From: an uncultured Acidimicrobiales bacterium
GTDB lineage: Bacteria; Actinomycetota; Acidimicrobiia; Acidimicrobiales; SHLQ01
Assembly (NCBI GenBank): GCA_905479685.1
Contig: CAJQNJ010000133.1
Span: 1 to 59,393 of the forward strand
DNA: 59,393 nucleotides
Reading direction: 5' to 3'
Below, one piece after another: positions 55,592 to 59,393 of this stretch. The notes below the pieces were generated by a model. It had not been told where the DNA came from. It searched no databases and was given only the letters and a program-made list of their open reading frames with translations. Each line of letters opens with the position of its first letter. The stretch's first letter is position 1. The position numbers were made by a program, and so were the translations under genes.

Positions 55592-56821
55592 ATGTTCAAT
55601 TGGGCCGGCAACCACGAATACGGCGCGGAGCACGTGATCGAATTGACTTCGGTTTCCGCGCTGGCTGAGGAGCTCGCCAGGACTCCCAAGGTGCGAGCGC
55701 TCGGAACCCGCCACTCCTTCAACGACATCGCAGACGGACAGGTCATCGTCGACACATTGGTGGCACGCGAACACCTCGAGATCAATGCGGATCGAACCGA
55801 GGTCACGGTCAACGGCTCGATGACGTACGGCAGGCTGGCAGAGTTGCTCGAACCCCTCGGATTCGCGCTGCACAATCTGGCATCCCTGCCCCACATATCG
55901 ATCGCCGGGGCGATCAGCACGGGGACGCATGGTTCTGGCGTGAACAACAAGAGCCTTGCCGCAGCGGTCACGGGCATAGAACTCGCCACCTCGAGCGGCG
56001 AGGTCGGCAGGCTGGTTCGCGGTGACGCCGACTTCACCGGATCGGTGGTTGGACTCGGGGCGCTCGGGGTCATGACCAAGGTGTCTCTCGAGATCGAGCC
56101 TGCGTACGAGGTTGCCCAGTTCGTGTATGACGATCTTCCGCAGGAGGTGTTCGGTGCGAACATCGACGAGATCATGGGTCTTGGGTACAGCGTGAGTGGG
56201 TTCACGACGTGGGGTGGGAGTGTCGAGCAGCTGTGGGTCAAGCATCGCCTCCCCCTGCACGTCGACATGCCCGCGACGATCTTTGGCGCGACGATTGCGA
56301 GCGAGGATCGGCATCCGATTCGTGGCCACGCCGCAGGCGCCTGTACGGCGCAACGTGGTGAGGCTGGCCTCTGGTCCGATCGGCTGCCGCACTTTCGCAT
56401 CGACTTCACACCGAGTGCGGGCGACGAGATCCAGTCGGAGTTCTTCGTCGAGTGGTCACATGCCAGCGATGCGCTCGATGCCCTGCACCGAATCGGCGAA
56501 CAGATTGCCGGTGCGCTGCTCGTCAGCGAGATTCGAGCTGTGGCGGCCGACGACCTCTGGATGAGCCCGCACCATGGACGAAAATCACTCGCCCTGCACT
56601 TCACGTGGGGCCCCGATAAGGCGGCCGCGGAGACGTCGGCCGAGCTTGTCGGAGACATCTTGGCGGAGTTCGATGCTCGAGTGCATTGGGGCAAGGTGTT
56701 CGCGCCCCACCACGTGAACCTCGCAAGTTTCGACCGTCTCGACGACTATCTCCATCTGATCGATCGCTTCGATCAGCGACGGGCGTTTCGAAACGACTGG
56801 TTCGATCGTCTCTTCGATTGA
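55592..56821 (+). CDS. Alditol/xylitol oxidase-like FAD-linked oxidase
   Basis: NWAGN, GTRHSFNDIAD (covalent FAD His), LHNLASLPHISIAGA, RLPHFR, QSEFFV, HFTW, HWGK. Confidence 0.87.
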   Translation: MFNWAGNHEYGAEHVIELTSVSALAEELARTPKVRALGTRHSFNDIADGQVIVDTLVAREHLEINADRTEVTVNGSMTYGRLAELLEPLGFALHNLASLPHISIAGAISTGTHGSGVNNKSLAAAVTGIELATSSGEVGRLVRGDADFTGSVVGLGALGVMTKVSLEIEPAYEVAQFVYDDLPQEVFGANIDEIMGLGYSVSGFTTWGGSVEQLWVKHRLPLHVDMPATIFGATIASEDRHPIRGHAAGACTAQRGEAGLWSDRLPHFRIDFTPSAGDEIQSEFFVEWSHASDALDALHRIGEQIAGALLVSEIRAVAADDLWMSPHHGRKSLALHFTWGPDKAAAETSAELVGDILAEFDARVHWGKVFAPHHVNLASFDRLDDYLHLIDRFDQRRAFRNDWFDRLFD

Positions 56822-56838
56822 TTGTTGACTGACGCCAG

Positions 56839-57855
56839 CTACATCGCGATGGTGCCGTCCTCGTCCCACAGGTCCTGCCATTTTTGACCCTCGTTCCACA
56901 AGAAGACCTGCCCCTTGATCATCCGACAGTTCCGGTCCGCGGCCGTGATTGCTTCCATCTCGTCGTCCGCGAGCGGAGCGGAAACCGTGGCCTCGAGATT
57001 CGCACGTATGTTCCGCGGATTGGTGGAGAACGGTATCGGGGTGTGCCCGCTCTGGACCGCCCACTTCACGCACAGTGTCGCGGGGTGGACGCCGTGAGAC
57101 GCGGCGATCTGCTGTAGGACGGGGTCGTCCACGGGCGAGGTGTCATCTGGGGTTCGGTCTCGCTCTGGCCGGTGGGGTGAACCGATCGGACAGAACCCGA
57201 TCGCTTCGATGTTGTTCTCGCGCAGGTACGTGCGTAGCTCCGTTTGTTGCAGATGGGGATGGAGTTCCATCTGGTTCACCGACGGCCGAATCGACGCGTC
57301 GGCGAGAACGAGATCGAGCTTTGCCACCGTCATGTTCGACGTTCCGATGTGTCGGACGAGTCCCCGACTGACGAGTGCCTCCATCTGCGTCCAGGTCTCC
57401 ATGAAGTCTTCGTGGCGATACGGAACGGCGTCGGGGTTGCGCTCGTCGACCGAACAGTGTGGAGGGTGGAAATTTGGAAATGGCCAATGCACGAGGTACA
57501 TGTCAAGTACATCGATCCCGAGATCTGCGAGAGAACGTTCACATGCAGACTCCACAGCTCGATGGCTGTCGTTCCAGACCTTCGAACTGATCCAGAGCTG
57601 GTTTCGCTCGACGGTTTGCCCGATGTTCTTGGTGAATACCTCTCCGATCAGCGCCTCGTTGTCGTAGACCGACGCGCAATCGAAGTGGCGGTAGCCGATT
57701 TCAATTGCCGCATCGACGGCGTTGGCGACCTGACCATGTGGAATGTGATCTGATCCGAAGGTGCCGAGTCCGATGCCGGGCATGACAGCGCCGGTCGAGA
57801 GTGAACGTTCCGGAACTGCAGCGGGATCGATCCGGTCACCGGCGGCTGGGCTCAT
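56839..57855 (-). CDS. Aldo/keto reductase
   Basis: MPGIGLGTF, GYRHFDCASVY, SKVWN, YLVHWP, IGTSN, NQMELHP; start probably ATG 57855. Confidence 0.9.
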   Translation of the reverse strand: MSPAAGDRIDPAAVPERSLSTGAVMPGIGLGTFGSDHIPHGQVANAVDAAIEIGYRHFDCASVYDNEALIGEVFTKNIGQTVERNQLWISSKVWNDSHRAVESACERSLADLGIDVLDMYLVHWPFPNFHPPHCSVDERNPDAVPYRHEDFMETWTQMEALVSRGLVRHIGTSNMTVAKLDLVLADASIRPSVNQMELHPHLQQTELRTYLRENNIEAIGFCPIGSPHRPERDRTPDDTSPVDDPVLQQIAASHGVHPATLCVKWAVQSGHTPIPFSTNPRNIRANLEATVSAPLADDEMEAITAADRNCRMIKGQVFLWNEGQKWQDLWDEDGTIAM

Positions 57856-57899
57856 GTCGCACAACGATAATCTGCGGCCTCGATGGTGGGCTCGCAGAT

Positions 57900-58370
57900 C
57901 TAGCGCTTCTCGAGATCGAGGGCTGTCGTGTCGATGACCGTTCGGATCGCAAAGCTGCTTCGGATACTGGTGACGCCCGGTAGGACCGCCATGTGTTCGC
58001 GATGGATTGTCTCGTAGTCGGCAACATCTGCACATGTCACGTGTACGAGATAGTCGGCGTTTCCAGCCATCAGGTGACAGCTCATGACATGCGGGATCTT
58101 GCTCACCGCAGCCTCGAAGGAGTCGAGAAGTTCCTCCCGTTGGCTCTCGAGTGAAACCTCGACGAACACCGAGACTCCGCGTCCGACGAGTTCCCGGTTG
58201 ACGATGGCCACGTATCGATCGATGACCCCGTCGTTCTCCAGTCGACGCACCCGTCGATGACACGCCGATGCTGACAGTCCGATCTTCTCGGCGAGGTCGG
58301 CGTTGCTCAGGCGGCCATCTTCCTGGAGTGTGGTCAGGATCGAATGATCTAACTCATCGAGAACAATCAT
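57900..58370 (-). CDS. aldR: Lrp/AsnC family regulator (AldR-like, divergent from ald)
   Basis: LQEDGRLSNADLAEKIGLSASACHRRVRRLE; classic position opposite alanine dehydrogenase. Confidence 0.82.
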   Translation of the reverse strand: MIVLDELDHSILTTLQEDGRLSNADLAEKIGLSASACHRRVRRLENDGVIDRYVAIVNRELVGRGVSVFVEVSLESQREELLDSFEAAVSKIPHVMSCHLMAGNADYLVHVTCADVADYETIHREHMAVLPGVTSIRSSFAIRTVIDTTALDLEKR

Positions 58371-58521
58371 TCGAAGATTCTATGACAATTTGGTCCACAA
58401 ATGTGAGAAACGTGCACCGAGCATAGATCCCATGCACAAACTTGCATGCATCTTCGACCGATCGACGAATACCGTGTGATGCACGACACAGGTGCCGTTT
58501 GGTGAGGACGAGGAGATCAAC

Positions 58522-59393
58522 ATGTTGGTCGGGTTGCCCAAAGAGATAAAGAACAACGAGATGCGCGTGGGTCTGACGCCGGCCAGCGTCAGCGAACTGA
58601 CTCAGCTCGGTCATTCTGTGATTGTTGAGACGGGCGCTGGGCTCGGAATCGGAGCAAGCGACGATGACTATGGCTCGGCGGGCGCCGAAATCGCCGGTGA
58701 TGCCGCAGCGGTCTTCGGCGCAGCGGAGTTGATCGTGAAGGTCAAGGAGCCGCAGTCTGTTGAACGTGCCATGTTGCGCGAAGGACAAACCCTGTTCACC
58801 TACCTCCACCTCGCGCCCGATGCGGACCAGACGAAAGATCTCGTCGCCAGTGGTGCGACCTGCATTGCATACGAGACGGTGACCGATGATGCCGGGGGCT
58901 TGCCACTGCTGGCTCCAATGTCGAAGGTTGCTGGTCGAATGTCGATACAGGCCGCTGCCAACTTCCTCCAGGCACCGAACGGTGGCGCGGGTCTGCTGAT
59001 CGGTGGGGTGCCAGGTGTGCCACCAGCAAAGGTGGTGATCATCGGTGGCGGCGTGGTCGGTCAACATGCAGCCGAGATGGCGATCGGTCTCGGCGGCGAC
59101 GTGAGCATCGTCGATCGAAACAACCTCGTGCTCGACGCGTGCGAGGTGCGCTGGGGTGCTGCGGTCACGACCGTGTACTCCACGGGTTCTGCCCTACAGG
59201 AGTTGGTCGCCAACGCTGACGTCGTCGTCGGTGCGGTGCTGGTCAAGGGTGACAAGGCGCCCAAACTCGTCACGGCAGAAATGGTCAAGACGATGCGGCC
59301 CGGTTCGGTGCTCGTCGATGTCGCGATCGATCAGGGTGGGGCGTTCGAGACATCACATGCGACCACGCATGAAGATCCGGTGTACATCGTCGA
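58522..59393 (+). CDS. ald: Alanine dehydrogenase (3' end truncated by the window edge)
   Basis: AGGAG RBS; MLVGLPKEIKNNEMRVGLTP, VKVKEP, LFTYLHLA, IAYETV, LLAPMSKVAGR, GGGVVG, VDVAIDQGG. Absent from the ORF track because it has no stop in the window. Confidence 0.95.
   Translation, partial: MLVGLPKEIKNNEMRVGLTPASVSELTQLGHSVIVETGAGLGIGASDDDYGSAGAEIAGDAAAVFGAAELIVKVKEPQSVERAMLREGQTLFTYLHLAPDADQTKDLVASGATCIAYETVTDDAGGLPLLAPMSKVAGRMSIQAAANFLQAPNGGAGLLIGGVPGVPPAKVVIIGGGVVGQHAAEMAIGLGGDVSIVDRNNLVLDACEVRWGAAVTTVYSTGSALQELVANADVVVGAVLVKGDKAPKLVTAEMVKTMRPGSVLVDVAIDQGGAFETSHATTHEDPVYIV

Noticed and set aside
56839-58263. 474-aa extended aldo/keto reductase, and similar N-terminal extensions in the ORF track (6329, 29756, 36741, 48543)
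   Set aside because: The extensions overlap neighbouring genes or promoters and lack family similarity; downstream starts fit RBS or -10 signals better.

Overview
A gene-dense, high-GC window with about 57 protein-coding genes and no rRNA, tRNA, transposase, integrase or CRISPR-cas. The gene repertoire (ScfR/RamB-type regulator, ald with divergent AldR, 'IAAACG' lipoboxes, leaderless promoters) suggests an actinobacterium, probably Acidimicrobiia and possibly marine; this is an inference. The window is dominated by scavenging of nitrogenous compounds: polyamine uptake and catabolism, a lysine/tryptophan 2-monooxygenase with an amidase, an Opp transporter, gamma-butyrobetaine/carnitine catabolism, a non-pyrrolysine MttB methyltransferase, choline sulfatase and alanine dehydrogenase. 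Main highlights: (1) A glutathione peroxidase at 48206..48676 that the ORF track splits. Its catalytic Cys codon is an in-frame TGA followed by a hairpin resembling the E. coli fdhF SECIS, so it is a likely selenoprotein. (2) A miniaturised, apparently catalytically dead malate-synthase-A homologue divergent from a RamB/ScfR regulator. (3) An ApbE/heme-b membrane locus whose upstream gene ends in a Thr-rich tail with a candidate non-canonical flavinylation motif. (4) A HisD paralogue with altered active-site residues. (5) An unannotated 39-aa membrane peptide coupled to mttB. (6) At least 15 genes with a TANNNT box exactly 6 nt before the start codon, indicating leaderless mRNAs. All calls come from manual motif recognition; no searches were run.
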